Below, piece by piece: positions 47,551 to 57,765 of a stretch of 64,000 nt of DNA. The DNA lies in assembly GCA_964498245.1 (NCBI GenBank), contig CAZCGK010000001.1, positions 36,581 through 100,580 on the forward strand. Reading direction: 5' to 3'. The notes beneath the pieces were generated by a model. The model was not told where the DNA came from. It did no database searches and saw only the letters and a list, made by a program, of their open reading frames with translations. The translations under genes and the position numbers were made by a program. Source of the DNA: an uncultured archaeon (GTDB lineage Archaea; Aenigmatarchaeota; Aenigmatarchaeia; QMZP01). Each line of letters begins with the position of its first letter. Position 1 is the stretch's first letter.

Positions 47551-48468
47551 ATGATAAAAATTGCAAGAACAACAATCGCGCTTATCGGTATTGGAGTATT
47601 GCTGATAGGTACAGGTTTGGTGATAGGGGATAGCGGTGTTTTGGGAAATCTCGTGATTATGGCTGTAATAATAAATACGTTTCCGTACTTCCTTAACAGA
47701 TACCTTCGTTATCTGTGGATAAAAAGCGCTGAAGAACACTTTCCAAATTTTATAAGAGATCTTGCAGACTCCGTTCGTTCGGGCATGGCACTTCCAGAGG
47801 CAATAAGTGTTGTCAGCAGATCGAACTACGGGAAGCTTACAGAAGAGATTGTAAAAATGAATAACAGGCTTTCCTGGGGAACACCCTTTCTCCGTGCTTT
47901 GGAAATAATGGAAAACCGTCTAAGGGATTCCAAAATAATATCCGAGGCACTGAAAATAATAAGGGAATCATATGAATCCGGGGGTAATATAGTTTCAACT
48001 CTGGATTCTATCTCTAATGACATTCTCATGCTTAGAGAGGCAGAAGCTGAAAGGCTTTCTATGGTCAAACAGCAAATAATGATAATGTACGGAATATTTG
48101 TTATCTTTCTTGCAATCTCTATCATTATAATAAACATAATGGTTCCTATGATGTCATTCCAGCCTGCTCTGGGAGAAGAGAGTATGGGATTTATTTTTAA
48201 AAATCCCTGTGAGGGTGGGATTTTCTTTCCATGCTCACTCTTTGCAGCGATTAATGCAGTTTTGGGTGTTCCTGAGGGAGGCATAGCTCCATATTATATT
48301 GCACTGTTCTTTACCACCGTGATGATGGAAGGATTATTTATAGGTTTGATAGCAGGTCAGATAGGTGAGAATTCGATAACAGCGGGATTCAAACATTCAT
48401 TAATAATGATGTTTGCAGCATTTGGAGTTTTCCTGTTTTTAATAAAATTGGGTATGATGGCAGTTTAA
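47551..48468 (+). CDS. FlaJ/TadC-like platform protein, C-terminal half (split gene)
   Basis: Second T2SS-F domain FIRDLADSVRSGMALPEAISVV... plus TM helices. Begins 4 nt after the previous stop. Confidence 0.65.
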   Translation: MIKIARTTIALIGIGVLLIGTGLVIGDSGVLGNLVIMAVIINTFPYFLNRYLRYLWIKSAEEHFPNFIRDLADSVRSGMALPEAISVVSRSNYGKLTEEIVKMNNRLSWGTPFLRALEIMENRLRDSKIISEALKIIRESYESGGNIVSTLDSISNDILMLREAEAERLSMVKQQIMIMYGIFVIFLAISIIIINIMVPMMSFQPALGEESMGFIFKNPCEGGIFFPCSLFAAINAVLGVPEGGIAPYYIALFFTTVMMEGLFIGLIAGQIGENSITAGFKHSLIMMFAAFGVFLFLIKLGMMAV

Positions 48469-48524
48469 GTTTTTAAATGAAAAAGTATAAAATCTCAAGG
48501 TAAAAGCAATCATCTGGGGTTGTT

Positions 48525-49445
48525 ATGGGTCTGTGTATTATAGGTCAGGAAAAAAGTGAAAGCAATATAAAACTCTTGGAAGAGGCTAAAAAGGTTTTTG
48601 GTTCTGTGTTTTTTGTGCCGATAAACAGCATAAGGATAGGTCTGACTGATAAATTTTCTATATTTTACAGAACCACAGATCTTTTCAAATTCAAGGCTGT
48701 GCTTCCAAGAATATCAAGAAGCTATCATTCTTATGCTTATCAGCTTCTCTCGCTTTTTCCTCCAGATACATTCATGCCCATAAAACCCATAAGCTTTCTT
48801 TTATCTCAAGAGAGATTCTTTCTTTTAACAGTGTTGAGAAAAAGGGGTATACCTACCTTGAACCTTCATCTTTCCAGATCCACAAAAGCTGTAGAGAAGG
48901 TAATAGAGAATAAGGAGATATATCCTGTTATAATAAGAACACCTGAAAAGAAAACCGGTATTGTTGTTAAAAATAAGACAGAAGCAAAGACCGTGATAGA
49001 TGCGCTAACGCATCTGAAAAAGAATATTTTAATCGAAGAGGTTGTAAAAAACATGATATCTGTATATGTAGCTGATCCGTATGTTCTTGCTTCTGTTAAG
49101 AAAAAAGCCAAGGATATAGATATTGTTTTTGGAGAGGGTGAAATGAAAAATCAGAAAATAAATATAGAAACAGAACAGCTTGCATTGGATGCTGCAAGGG
49201 CTGTGGAGGCACAGATAGCAAGGATTGATATCTTTCCCGGAGAAACACCAAAGATTGTAAATATAGATCTCAATCCAGATCTCATAAAACCAAGTAAGGT
49301 CACAGGAATAAATCTTACTCAGAAAATCATAGAGGCTGTGGCAGAAAACTACAGGGAGCATCAGAAAAAACCACTGTTAATGAAATTCTTAGAGGATGCA
49401 AGATCGGTTGTGAAGGATGTGCTTAAAGGTAAACAGCTTCTTTAA
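48525..49445 (+). CDS. Hypothetical protein with weak ATP-grasp-like features
   Basis: IYPVIIRTPEKKTGIVVKNKTEAKTVIDAL / ILIEEVV loosely resemble the central region of RimK-type ATP-grasp proteins, but the canonical motifs are not clearly present. Confidence 0.3.
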   Translation: MGLCIIGQEKSESNIKLLEEAKKVFGSVFFVPINSIRIGLTDKFSIFYRTTDLFKFKAVLPRISRSYHSYAYQLLSLFPPDTFMPIKPISFLLSQERFFLLTVLRKRGIPTLNLHLSRSTKAVEKVIENKEIYPVIIRTPEKKTGIVVKNKTEAKTVIDALTHLKKNILIEEVVKNMISVYVADPYVLASVKKKAKDIDIVFGEGEMKNQKINIETEQLALDAARAVEAQIARIDIFPGETPKIVNIDLNPDLIKPSKVTGINLTQKIIEAVAENYREHQKKPLLMKFLEDARSVVKDVLKGKQLL

Positions 49446-50487
49446 CTCCTATCAAAGTTTCTATAGGAAAATCCATATCAAGAGAATTCATGAATTTCAT
49501 TTCCTTGAATCTTTCAAACATTTTATCGATTTGCGGATTGCTCAGTTTTCTGTAAAATTCTCTGAACATCATGCCCAATTCTATGTGTTTATTTATCTTT
49601 TCTGCACATTTTTCTTCATATTCTTTGAGAGCACCTTCAGAAAAATCTCCCTTTTCAAAGGCCTTGCTTGCGACTGAGGCTGCAATCTTCGCTGCGGTAA
49701 GACTGTATATCACACCCCCACCAGACCAAGGTTTAACCTGAGATGCGGCATCCCCTATCAAAAGGGTTCTTGTAAAATGTATCCTGTGGGTTCCCATGGG
49801 AATCGGTCCAGAGATTTTGGAGTAATTATCAAGATTGAAAAACCTTTCAAGAGTTCGAAAGCTCGGTTTTTTGGAAAGCATGCCGTATTCCGTTTTCGAG
49901 CCCCGTGGTATTTTCCATACAAACCCATCTGCACACAGTTTTTTATCAAACCATATCTCCACATATTTGGAATCATCTGGTTTATCTTCCAGAGCAATGA
50001 TGCCCGTCAGCATTTCTTTTGGTTTGACACCGAAATGTCTTCTTACTAGAGAATGAGGACCATCACAGCCGAATATAATTTCAGAAAATAAAGTATTATT
50101 TTGAGTTTTTACCACGGCTCTGTTTTTGTTTACAAATATAGACTTGGCTCTTGTATCAAGAAAGATTTCGGATTGCAGGTCTTCTGATAAGAATCTATCA
50201 AATTTTTCTCTGTTAACGACATACGCTGCTGTGTTCTTTTTTTCAAGCCTGATTGTTATTCCAGAAGGGGAATGAAGTATTGCTCCCTTTACCTTATGAT
50301 CGATCCATTCTCTGTTTAATTTTACAAATCTTTTGAGGTTTGTGGAGATAAGACCTGAACACTGCATGGGTTTTCCTATTTCTGAGTGCTCCTCCAGCAC
50401 TGCAACTTTGAAACCCATCTTCTCGCATAACTTTGCGGAGTACAATCCTGCTGGACCTGCACCTACAATAATTATGTCCCATTTCAT
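49423..50487 (-). CDS. Geranylgeranyl reductase family FAD-dependent oxidoreductase (digeranylgeranylglycerophospholipid reductase-like)
   Basis: N-terminal FAD fold DIIIVGAGPAGLYSA, GD motif LIGDAAS, 354 aa. Confidence 0.75.
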   Translation of the reverse strand: MKWDIIIVGAGPAGLYSAKLCEKMGFKVAVLEEHSEIGKPMQCSGLISTNLKRFVKLNREWIDHKVKGAILHSPSGITIRLEKKNTAAYVVNREKFDRFLSEDLQSEIFLDTRAKSIFVNKNRAVVKTQNNTLFSEIIFGCDGPHSLVRRHFGVKPKEMLTGIIALEDKPDDSKYVEIWFDKKLCADGFVWKIPRGSKTEYGMLSKKPSFRTLERFFNLDNYSKISGPIPMGTHRIHFTRTLLIGDAASQVKPWSGGGVIYSLTAAKIAASVASKAFEKGDFSEGALKEYEEKCAEKINKHIELGMMFREFYRKLSNPQIDKMFERFKEMKFMNSLDMDFPIETLIGVKEAVYL

Positions 50488-50521
50488 GGAATAATTTTTG
50501 CTTGAAAGAAAATTTAAAACC

Positions 50522-52312
50522 TTATTTGCTCATACTTTCCACTATTCTTCCGTAAGCAGGTCTGGTTACAAGAACGCCTACAAGAACGCCTACAATAGTG
50601 GTTATTGCAAAACCCCGGAGAAAACCTATTCCACCGAGCAGTGGTGTCATTGCGGCTATGGTTGTGGCAGCTGCACCGAAGATTATGAAGAATGCTCTTT
50701 TTATGCTCTCTTTAATTGAATATATTTTTCTTTCCCTTCCTTTCATAAGAGTTTCATCTGCTATTATAATCATATGATCCATTCCTGTACCTATTGCCGC
50801 AAGGATACCGCCTATTGCTGGTAAATCTATTGTCCATCCTCCCATAAGGCCTAAAAGAGGAATGAGCAATGCTCCTATCCATGCATACACATCTACTTCA
50901 TACTTCTTCCACCATGCGGTTGAGATTATTATGAAATTTATGATCAGGATTATGGTCCAGATAAAATAATCATTAAGCGCAGCTATGCCCAAAATTATAA
51001 TTATTTCTGAAAGACCCACAAGAACCATGGGTATCGCGATTTTTAATTTTCTGTATCTTAAAAACACCAGCAAAATCACTGCGCATCCAGCAAGCAAAGC
51101 CGCATGCAACGTTGAAATGAAGAAATCCTTGCCAAGTACCGGAGAGATTATGCTTATGGATGCAATTTCAAGCCCTGTTGGTAAAGCACCTGATCGAAGT
51201 ATAGCTTGAAGCCTCAGTTTTTCCTCCACTGCTTCTTCCATAGTTTGTCTCCATCCTGTTATTTGAGGTGTATCAACAACCTTTCCGCTGAGATCAGATG
51301 ATATTCTCAGATCAGAAACAAGTTTTCCATCGAGATACAGGAAAATTTTAGATGTGAGGTACCTTTCACCTGTTTGGAGGTCTATATAGCTCGGCACACC
51401 GCTTGTTACATCTGCAAATCTCTTTGCTCCATCGTGCGATATAAGAACTGCAAAATAGAATCTGTAACCATTTGATGCTGGTACTACAGCAGACCTTTGC
51501 GGATCTGTGTATACAAGCTCTATATCATCACCTTCATAAACCTTTGCCAAGAAAAGAGCTTCGTTTGCGGTTGAATTGATGTACTCAAATTCTATGTTCT
51601 GGAGGACAAATTTTTCTCTTGGATCAATAACTGAATTGTTCACCACCACGCTTCCGTTGGCAAGCGTTGTAACATCATAGAAATTTGAACCGAGCTGGAT
51701 GCTTCCCTTTCCGTTGGTAATGCTCACGGGCTTGGAAACCTTTGCTTCGAACTTTCCTTCTGTTGATAGGAGTTCTTCTATTACATTACCCTTAACCCCA
51801 GCCATTTCTATCTGCACATAATAATTCCCATCTATTCCTCTTACAGGATAAAAATGCATTTCCTTCAGACCATAAAGATTTGCACGTGTTTGCAGGGTTG
51901 ATATTATCTGATCTATCATATCTTTTGTTGCGTTTTCCTTTGGTTTAAGCAAAATCCTTGTTCCTCCTTTCAGGTCAAGACCAAAATCAATATTTGTTCT
52001 TTCTATATCAACAACATATATTCCTAAACTCTCATTTACATTTAATGTATATCTTTTTCCGTTCGCTATCAATGTGATGTTTCCTGATATATTTGAAATC
52101 ATTTTATTCCAGGATTCCACATTCTTTACTTGTTTATCATTGAGTTGTGTTATTATCATTCCCTGTTCCAGAACACCCCTTGCTGGAGAATCCTTTGCAA
52201 TATAGGCTATCTCAACACCGTTTCTGCCATAGGGATATGCTTTCATGCCTATTGCGAGAATCGAACCGAATACTATTGTTGCGAGTATGACAACACGCCA
52301 GTAGTTGAGCAT
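50522..52312 (-). CDS. secD: Protein-export membrane protein SecD
   Basis: Large periplasmic domain followed by a 6-TM C-terminal domain typical of archaeal SecD. 596 aa, immediately after secF. Confidence 0.75.
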   Translation of the reverse strand: MLNYWRVVILATIVFGSILAIGMKAYPYGRNGVEIAYIAKDSPARGVLEQGMIITQLNDKQVKNVESWNKMISNISGNITLIANGKRYTLNVNESLGIYVVDIERTNIDFGLDLKGGTRILLKPKENATKDMIDQIISTLQTRANLYGLKEMHFYPVRGIDGNYYVQIEMAGVKGNVIEELLSTEGKFEAKVSKPVSITNGKGSIQLGSNFYDVTTLANGSVVVNNSVIDPREKFVLQNIEFEYINSTANEALFLAKVYEGDDIELVYTDPQRSAVVPASNGYRFYFAVLISHDGAKRFADVTSGVPSYIDLQTGERYLTSKIFLYLDGKLVSDLRISSDLSGKVVDTPQITGWRQTMEEAVEEKLRLQAILRSGALPTGLEIASISIISPVLGKDFFISTLHAALLAGCAVILLVFLRYRKLKIAIPMVLVGLSEIIIILGIAALNDYFIWTIILIINFIIISTAWWKKYEVDVYAWIGALLIPLLGLMGGWTIDLPAIGGILAAIGTGMDHMIIIADETLMKGRERKIYSIKESIKRAFFIIFGAAATTIAAMTPLLGGIGFLRGFAITTIVGVLVGVLVTRPAYGRIVESMSK

Positions 52313-52313
52313 A

Positions 52314-53162
52314 TTATGACCTCCTTTTCACATAGAGTTTGATTATTGTTGCGTTTTGAAGCCAGGTATTGATCAGATCTATTACAAGACCGATGATAAG
52401 AACCGAAGCTATCTGGATTAGGATTCTCGAAGAAGAGAGTAAGATCACTGCGGTCAGTGCTGCAAGAGTTGTTCCTGTCATTGTTATACCGGTCTTAAAT
52501 GCGGATTTTACTCTCTCATCTATTTCCATTTCCTCTTTTAGAACTCTTGTGGTAAGGAGTATATCTGTGTCTATGGAATAACCTATGAGCATTAGTATTG
52601 CCGCAAAGCTGGCCAGAGACATGGGTATGCTCAAAATCTGCATGAAAGCAAGGGTAACGATGATATCGGATATAGCTGCAAGCATGACAGCAAATGAGGG
52701 AACAAACGTGCGGAAGATGAAAAAAACTATCAATCCCATGAAAATAAATGCTATGCTTATGCTTATTTGTGCCTGGCGCCAGAAGGATTCTCCTAAAGAT
52801 GGACCTATGGTTTCTATTGAAAAATCACTCACATCAATTCCTATGGTTTTAATCCTTTCTATGATCTGGGTTGCATTTTTATTGTGTTCTGTTTCTATCA
52901 GAATCGTATGGCCAGAAAGGCTTCGAAGTTCTCTTATTAAAACATTGCCTTCCTCACCGAGAACGGTTTCTATTCTTTTTATATCTGGAGGTGTTGGGGT
53001 GTTTATGGTTATTAACATTCCTCCCTTTAATTCTATTGATCTTTCAAACCAGTCACCTGTGGATATATAATGGTTTACAAGTATAAAGATCGAAAAAAGT
53101 AAGAGAGCTACAGGAATGGCCAACGAAATTACATATTTCCAGTTTTCTAATGAGATTTTCAT
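52314..53162 (-). CDS. secF: Protein-export membrane protein SecF
   Basis: SecF-type 6-TM domain (SIETIGPSLGESFWRQA..., IGYSIDTDILL). 282 aa. Confidence 0.75.
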   Translation of the reverse strand: MKISLENWKYVISLAIPVALLLFSIFILVNHYISTGDWFERSIELKGGMLITINTPTPPDIKRIETVLGEEGNVLIRELRSLSGHTILIETEHNKNATQIIERIKTIGIDVSDFSIETIGPSLGESFWRQAQISISIAFIFMGLIVFFIFRTFVPSFAVMLAAISDIIVTLAFMQILSIPMSLASFAAILMLIGYSIDTDILLTTRVLKEEMEIDERVKSAFKTGITMTGTTLAALTAVILLSSSRILIQIASVLIIGLVIDLINTWLQNATIIKLYVKRRS

Positions 53163-53178
53163 GGAGGATCACTTTGTT

Positions 53179-56100
53179 TTAGAAGGATGAGAACTCCCAC
53201 AGTTTTTTCTGTTTTTCCCTTTTGAAAAATTTCTTTATTCTTTCCTTGAAGTTTTTGGTGTAGGAGTATTCCAAAGATCTGTGTTTCACGTAGTCTCCTG
53301 TATAAGCCAGCGGTCCTGAAGGTATGTTTTCTTTATCGGACTTCGATGCTCCTTTTCTTGTAATTCTCAGGGATTTCATTCTTGTTGTGAATCTTTTTAT
53401 AAGTTCAGAACTGTCTTTTACCGGTTTGTATCCGTATTTTGGATGATATCCTTTATGGGAGAGGAATATATAATAAACGAAAAATATCACAATTATTGCT
53501 ATAAAGATTATGAGTGTCCATATTAACCATTCAGAGGTTCCTTTTACAGTTGTGCCTCCTTTGATTTTTTGAAAGGGTTTCAGAAGTTCCTTTGTTGCAT
53601 TAAGTTTATCCCCTATCAGGGAAATCAGGGATTGTGCGGTAACATAGTCCTTGTTCGTAAGAGAAACGTTTGCTTTTTTCAGCAAATCCTCTATCTCTGT
53701 TATCAAACTCTTCGCCTTTGTGATATTTGTGTTGTTTTCAAACTCCTTTTCGGATTTTAAAGATTCAAGAAGTGATTTCAGTGACTCAAATTCTTCAAAA
53801 TAATTTAAGAGTGTACTGTTTATCTCCTCTATTGTTTCATCCGTGGGTATAATCTTGAGGGTGAAGGCCTTTTCGTCACTTATATCCTCATTTCCTTTCT
53901 TGTATGCTTTGAATGTTCCTATATAATTACCAACCTCTATATCTGATTGTATTGACATGTTTATGGTGAATTCTGTTTCTTCTCCGATAGCAAGGGTTTT
54001 CTCTTCAGGTGTAACAGTAAAGCTTTCAATATATGGAACCACAACGGTTGCTTTTGCTGTGAGACTCAAATTTCCTGTATTCTTTACCTTTACTTTTGCC
54101 AAAACCCATTCACCTGGGTGTGCAATAAGCTCTGAGGGATAATCGGTTATTTCAATTGCATAAGGTGAAAATGATGAGGAGGGTTGGTTTGTGCTTGTCT
54201 GATCTGTGGTTTGTGTGGTTGATTGGTTTCCTGAATCAAGGACCGTGAAGGTGTAGTCAGCATAGTTATAGTAGAGCCTGCTGTCTGCATCCCTTCCTGT
54301 GACATTTATATAGAAATGTTTAGTTCCTGTGGATGTTGCTTCAACCTTTATACCTATGCATGCTGTTGAGTTGCTTTTTCCAGCACCAAGTGAGGTTATG
54401 TTCCAGCAGTGACCCCATGATATGAGAGAAATGGTCACACCAGAGTTTGAATCTGTCCAGTATTTTATCTCGATATTGCTTGCGGGTTTGTTTCCTGTAT
54501 TGGATATTGTGATATTGACTATTTGATATGCGCTTGAACCACCCTGAAGATCAAGGTCGTAAAGGCCTATGGGATTTGAACCCAGTCTTGGGGCTGTTAG
54601 GTTGAAGGTTAAGCTTGATATTCCTGTGTAGTTGTTCTTTGTGATGTTCAGTTTGAGTGTATATATTCCTGGCTGGATGAAACCATTTGCCAGATTTGGG
54701 GCTGTTAGGTTAAACCAGTAATAACCTGAGGAGTTGCCTGTAGCGGAGAGTGTGTAGGTTCTTCCTGAGCTTGGAGAGGTTTCGGAAATCTCGAAGTTCA
54801 GTGATATGTTCAGATCTGTTGCTGGCTCACCGTTTGCGTAAGTCACCGAAATATTGAAAAATACCTGTTCATTGGGATCAACCTTTGCTGGATAGGAGGA
54901 GTTTATCCACGAAGCCCAGCCATAGGAGTTTATAACCGTGATATTGTAACCCACTATTGTTTCGTTATTGAGGATATTGTTGGAGGTTGTTGCCTCGCTC
55001 TCATTTGTTGAAATCTCGGCTGTGATTGTGTGAGAGCCGAATGTAACATAGCTTGTGTTTATCACATCATAGAAGATTACAGTGTATTTTGAACCGTTAG
55101 TGAGACTCTCTGCAGGTATTTCATATGTTCCGTTTATAACTCTATTTGTATATCCATCCCATTTCAGGACCAGAGTTACATTATTGCTTATATTGAAGTC
55201 TCCTGTGTTATTAACTGTAACTGTAATGGTTATCTTGCTTCCTTGAGTTGTGCGATTGTCATTCGGGGATACGCCTGTGGAGTTCCAGATTATGGACTCT
55301 ATTGCAAGGTCTGGGTAAACACCGAATACTGCAAAGGCTGTTGCTGTATAATTCGCATCAGAGCAGTTGATCGTGATGTTATGGGTGGTGCCTGGTGTTA
55401 AACCTGTATGAATTAAGCTGTATGGGGTTGCGTTTGCAACAGAAGCATTGTAGGAATAGTTTCCATCTATATAGATTGAACAGTTCATTGTAGGGGCAAC
55501 GGCATCCGTGGCTGTGAAGCTTATGTTAATGTAGCTCCTGCTTATGTTCGTGTTGTTTACCGGGGAGGTTATGGTTACGGATGGAGCTGTGGTTTCGATT
55601 ATTGCAATCCAACTTCCGTTCCAGCCGAGATTTCCGAAGGTGTCATTCACATAAACAGAATATGTATAAATACCGTCCGTGAGGTTTGTTAGATTATACC
55701 AGCAGTACCTTTCGGTCTTGTTTATATTCATGGTATAGTTTGTTTGGTTGTTCCACTCAAGCAGGCATGAATCCGGATTGACCTCAGAGAATGTTATGTT
55801 TATTAAAATCCAGGTTTTGGCTGTATAGGAGTTGTTTGCAGGGGTTGGTGGGGAGGGGATTATGTTTGTGGGAGGGAAATCGTCTACATCTATTGTTATA
55901 TTTCGTATCTCGGATTGATTTTCGTTGGCGCCATCGGAACACGTTATCCACCAGAGGTATGTTCCGTTAATGAGGGGTGTATTAGCCGTTATAGTTGTGG
56001 GTGTATCGTTCAAAACAGAGGAGTTGGTTCCATATGCATCACTATCTGTTCCATTCTTCAAGTAAAGTGTGCATGATAATAGAGATGCGAAATTGTCTGT

Positions 56101-56943
56101 TACATTGAATGTGAAAGAAGGCGTTCTTGTTGAATTTATTACCGTGTTATTTGCAGGGGACTGGAGATTGATTAAGGGATATTGTCTGTCTAAGGTTACA
56201 AACCATGTTCCGTTCCAGCCTGTGTTTCCTGAAGTATCATTTATGTATACTGAATAATAATGAATGCCTTCGCTCTGATTCGTGGCATTGAAGTAGCAGG
56301 CATAGTTTCCGAGCATGGTCATGGTGTAGTTTGCTTGGGTTCCGTTGTTGAGTTCGAGTATGCATGTATCTGGATTCACCTCAGTAAAGGTTATGTTTAT
56401 TTCGAAGTAATCAGCATTGATAACCGAATTGTTTGCAGGGGTTGGTGGGGAGGGGATTATATTTGCAGGGGGAATTGTATCCAAAACCGTGATTGTGAGA
56501 TTGGTAGAGTTTATCGAGTTATCCGTGAATTTTACGGTTAGTGTGAAATTGTATGTGCCTGTTCCTGAAGGAACGGAAACATTGAACAGAAAATATTCTT
56601 CTGTACCGTTCTGGATAAATCCTGAAGAGGTTGTATTTGTCCATGTTAGGTTTGGGGAGACCGTATAAAAGGATGTGTCTGCAGCAGAGGTTTGGTTGGA
56701 TTCAGAGATAAAGGAAAAGCCTGAAGGGAGTGTTATGTTGACCTCTGTAATATTTAGTTGAGGATCCGTGTTATTAACCGTGAAATTGAGCTGCTCGGTT
56801 GTTCCGGATTCCAGTGTTGTATTTGTGATCTGTGAAGAGAAATTGGATGCATGAATTGAGACAAGGAAAGTTAAAATTGTCATTAAAATGCTAACAGTTA
56901 TTATTCTTCCTCTCTTAGCCAATCCTTTCATCAGCTTCCCCAC
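53179..56943 (-). CDS. Giant cell-surface glycoprotein candidate (S-layer-like; 1254 aa) with a signal peptide, internally duplicated domains, a C-terminal TM anchor and a cytoplasmic tail
   Basis: Signal MKGLAKRGRIITVSILMTILTFLVSIHA. Dozens of N-x-S/T sequons. Duplicated domain PP(A/T)NIIPSPPTPANNS...NITF(T/S)EVNPD(T/S)C(I/L)LE...GNxGWNG(T/S)W, with matching DNA repeats around 55840 and 56440. TM WLIWTLIIFIAIIVIFFVYYIFL near the C-terminus. Confidence 0.65.
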   Translation of the reverse strand: MGKLMKGLAKRGRIITVSILMTILTFLVSIHASNFSSQITNTTLESGTTEQLNFTVNNTDPQLNITEVNITLPSGFSFISESNQTSAADTSFYTVSPNLTWTNTTSSGFIQNGTEEYFLFNVSVPSGTGTYNFTLTVKFTDNSINSTNLTITVLDTIPPANIIPSPPTPANNSVINADYFEINITFTEVNPDTCILELNNGTQANYTMTMLGNYACYFNATNQSEGIHYYSVYINDTSGNTGWNGTWFVTLDRQYPLINLQSPANNTVINSTRTPSFTFNVTDNFASLLSCTLYLKNGTDSDAYGTNSSVLNDTPTTITANTPLINGTYLWWITCSDGANENQSEIRNITIDVDDFPPTNIIPSPPTPANNSYTAKTWILINITFSEVNPDSCLLEWNNQTNYTMNINKTERYCWYNLTNLTDGIYTYSVYVNDTFGNLGWNGSWIAIIETTAPSVTITSPVNNTNISRSYINISFTATDAVAPTMNCSIYIDGNYSYNASVANATPYSLIHTGLTPGTTHNITINCSDANYTATAFAVFGVYPDLAIESIIWNSTGVSPNDNRTTQGSKITITVTVNNTGDFNISNNVTLVLKWDGYTNRVINGTYEIPAESLTNGSKYTVIFYDVINTSYVTFGSHTITAEISTNESEATTSNNILNNETIVGYNITVINSYGWASWINSSYPAKVDPNEQVFFNISVTYANGEPATDLNISLNFEISETSPSSGRTYTLSATGNSSGYYWFNLTAPNLANGFIQPGIYTLKLNITKNNYTGISSLTFNLTAPRLGSNPIGLYDLDLQGGSSAYQIVNITISNTGNKPASNIEIKYWTDSNSGVTISLISWGHCWNITSLGAGKSNSTACIGIKVEATSTGTKHFYINVTGRDADSRLYYNYADYTFTVLDSGNQSTTQTTDQTSTNQPSSSFSPYAIEITDYPSELIAHPGEWVLAKVKVKNTGNLSLTAKATVVVPYIESFTVTPEEKTLAIGEETEFTINMSIQSDIEVGNYIGTFKAYKKGNEDISDEKAFTLKIIPTDETIEEINSTLLNYFEEFESLKSLLESLKSEKEFENNTNITKAKSLITEIEDLLKKANVSLTNKDYVTAQSLISLIGDKLNATKELLKPFQKIKGGTTVKGTSEWLIWTLIIFIAIIVIFFVYYIFLSHKGYHPKYGYKPVKDSSELIKRFTTRMKSLRITRKGASKSDKENIPSGPLAYTGDYVKHRSLEYSYTKNFKERIKKFFKREKQKKLWEFSSF

Positions 56944-57021
56944 AACGATTAAAAAATTCTCACTTTTGTTTGAGTGTTATAATAAAAATGTTTCGTTAAT
57001 ATATAAACTTTAGACAAAGAA

Positions 57022-57717
57022 TTATTCTGCCATTTTTCTGAACTTTTCTGTAAGTTTTCCGTATCTATCCCAGTAATCTCTTGTGTAGTTCAATACCTTT
57101 ACATCACCTATTTTTCCCTTGTCTGAAAGTTCTTTTATACATGCTTCAAGATCTGTACACATCCTTCGAAACTCCATTATTGCAGCAGCCCTTTCTTCGC
57201 TTCCCGGCGGGGCCTTTTTTATTGTGTCAAGTATTCCTTCCAATTTTTTGAATCTGTCTTCTATTTTCTTTCTTAGGTCCTCTTCCTCCTTGGTTATGAT
57301 ATCCAGCATCTTTCTTCTTACAAAATCTCCCATGGCGTTTTTCATACCTCTGGAAACATTCCCGCCTCCACCAGAGGCAGGAGCCATTCTATGCAGTACA
57401 GCCCAGAAACCCCCAAGGAGAATTACAGCGATGAACCAGAATCTGCTTATGTTTAGAAAGATATGATACCAGCCTTGAAAGATTATAAAGAGAAAAATGG
57501 CTATGCTTACAAGGAGGGTGAATTTTGTATTGCCTGTTCTTTGCGATATACCGCTACCGAGAATGTGAACAAAAAGTATCAGAAAAACCATGGGGAAAAA
57601 AAGAAAAAAAACCATCTGCTGTGCTGGGTCCGGATAGGAGTTTATGAAACTCTGACATTCTGAAGCTGTACCCTGCTGGCAAAGAATATCTACAAGAAGA
57701 TCAAGGAGTTCAACCAT
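57022..57717 (-). CDS. Membrane protein with 4 TM helices and a C-terminal cytoplasmic coiled coil (231 aa)
   Basis: Hydrophobic segments plus a Gly-rich linker (ASGGGGN) and a charged helical tail. Confidence 0.4.
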   Translation of the reverse strand: MVELLDLLVDILCQQGTASECQSFINSYPDPAQQMVFFLFFPMVFLILFVHILGSGISQRTGNTKFTLLVSIAIFLFIIFQGWYHIFLNISRFWFIAVILLGGFWAVLHRMAPASGGGGNVSRGMKNAMGDFVRRKMLDIITKEEEDLRKKIEDRFKKLEGILDTIKKAPPGSEERAAAIMEFRRMCTDLEACIKELSDKGKIGDVKVLNYTRDYWDRYGKLTEKFRKMAE

Positions 57718-57765
57718 ATTTATAGTTATATGTGAAGAAATAAATATTCTTGCGAGTATCGTGAA

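Noticed and set aside
42834-48468. Calling the pilin/ATPase/FlaJ locus an archaellum (fla) operon
   Set aside because: No FlaH (RecA-like), FlaF, FlaG or FlaC/D/E genes are present. The platform protein is split in two. One pilin has Glu+5. A Tad-like adhesive pilus is the better description.
48525-49445. Second RimK-type ATP-grasp ligase
   Set aside because: There is only a vague resemblance in the central region. Canonical ATP-grasp motifs were not identified, so it is kept as hypothetical.
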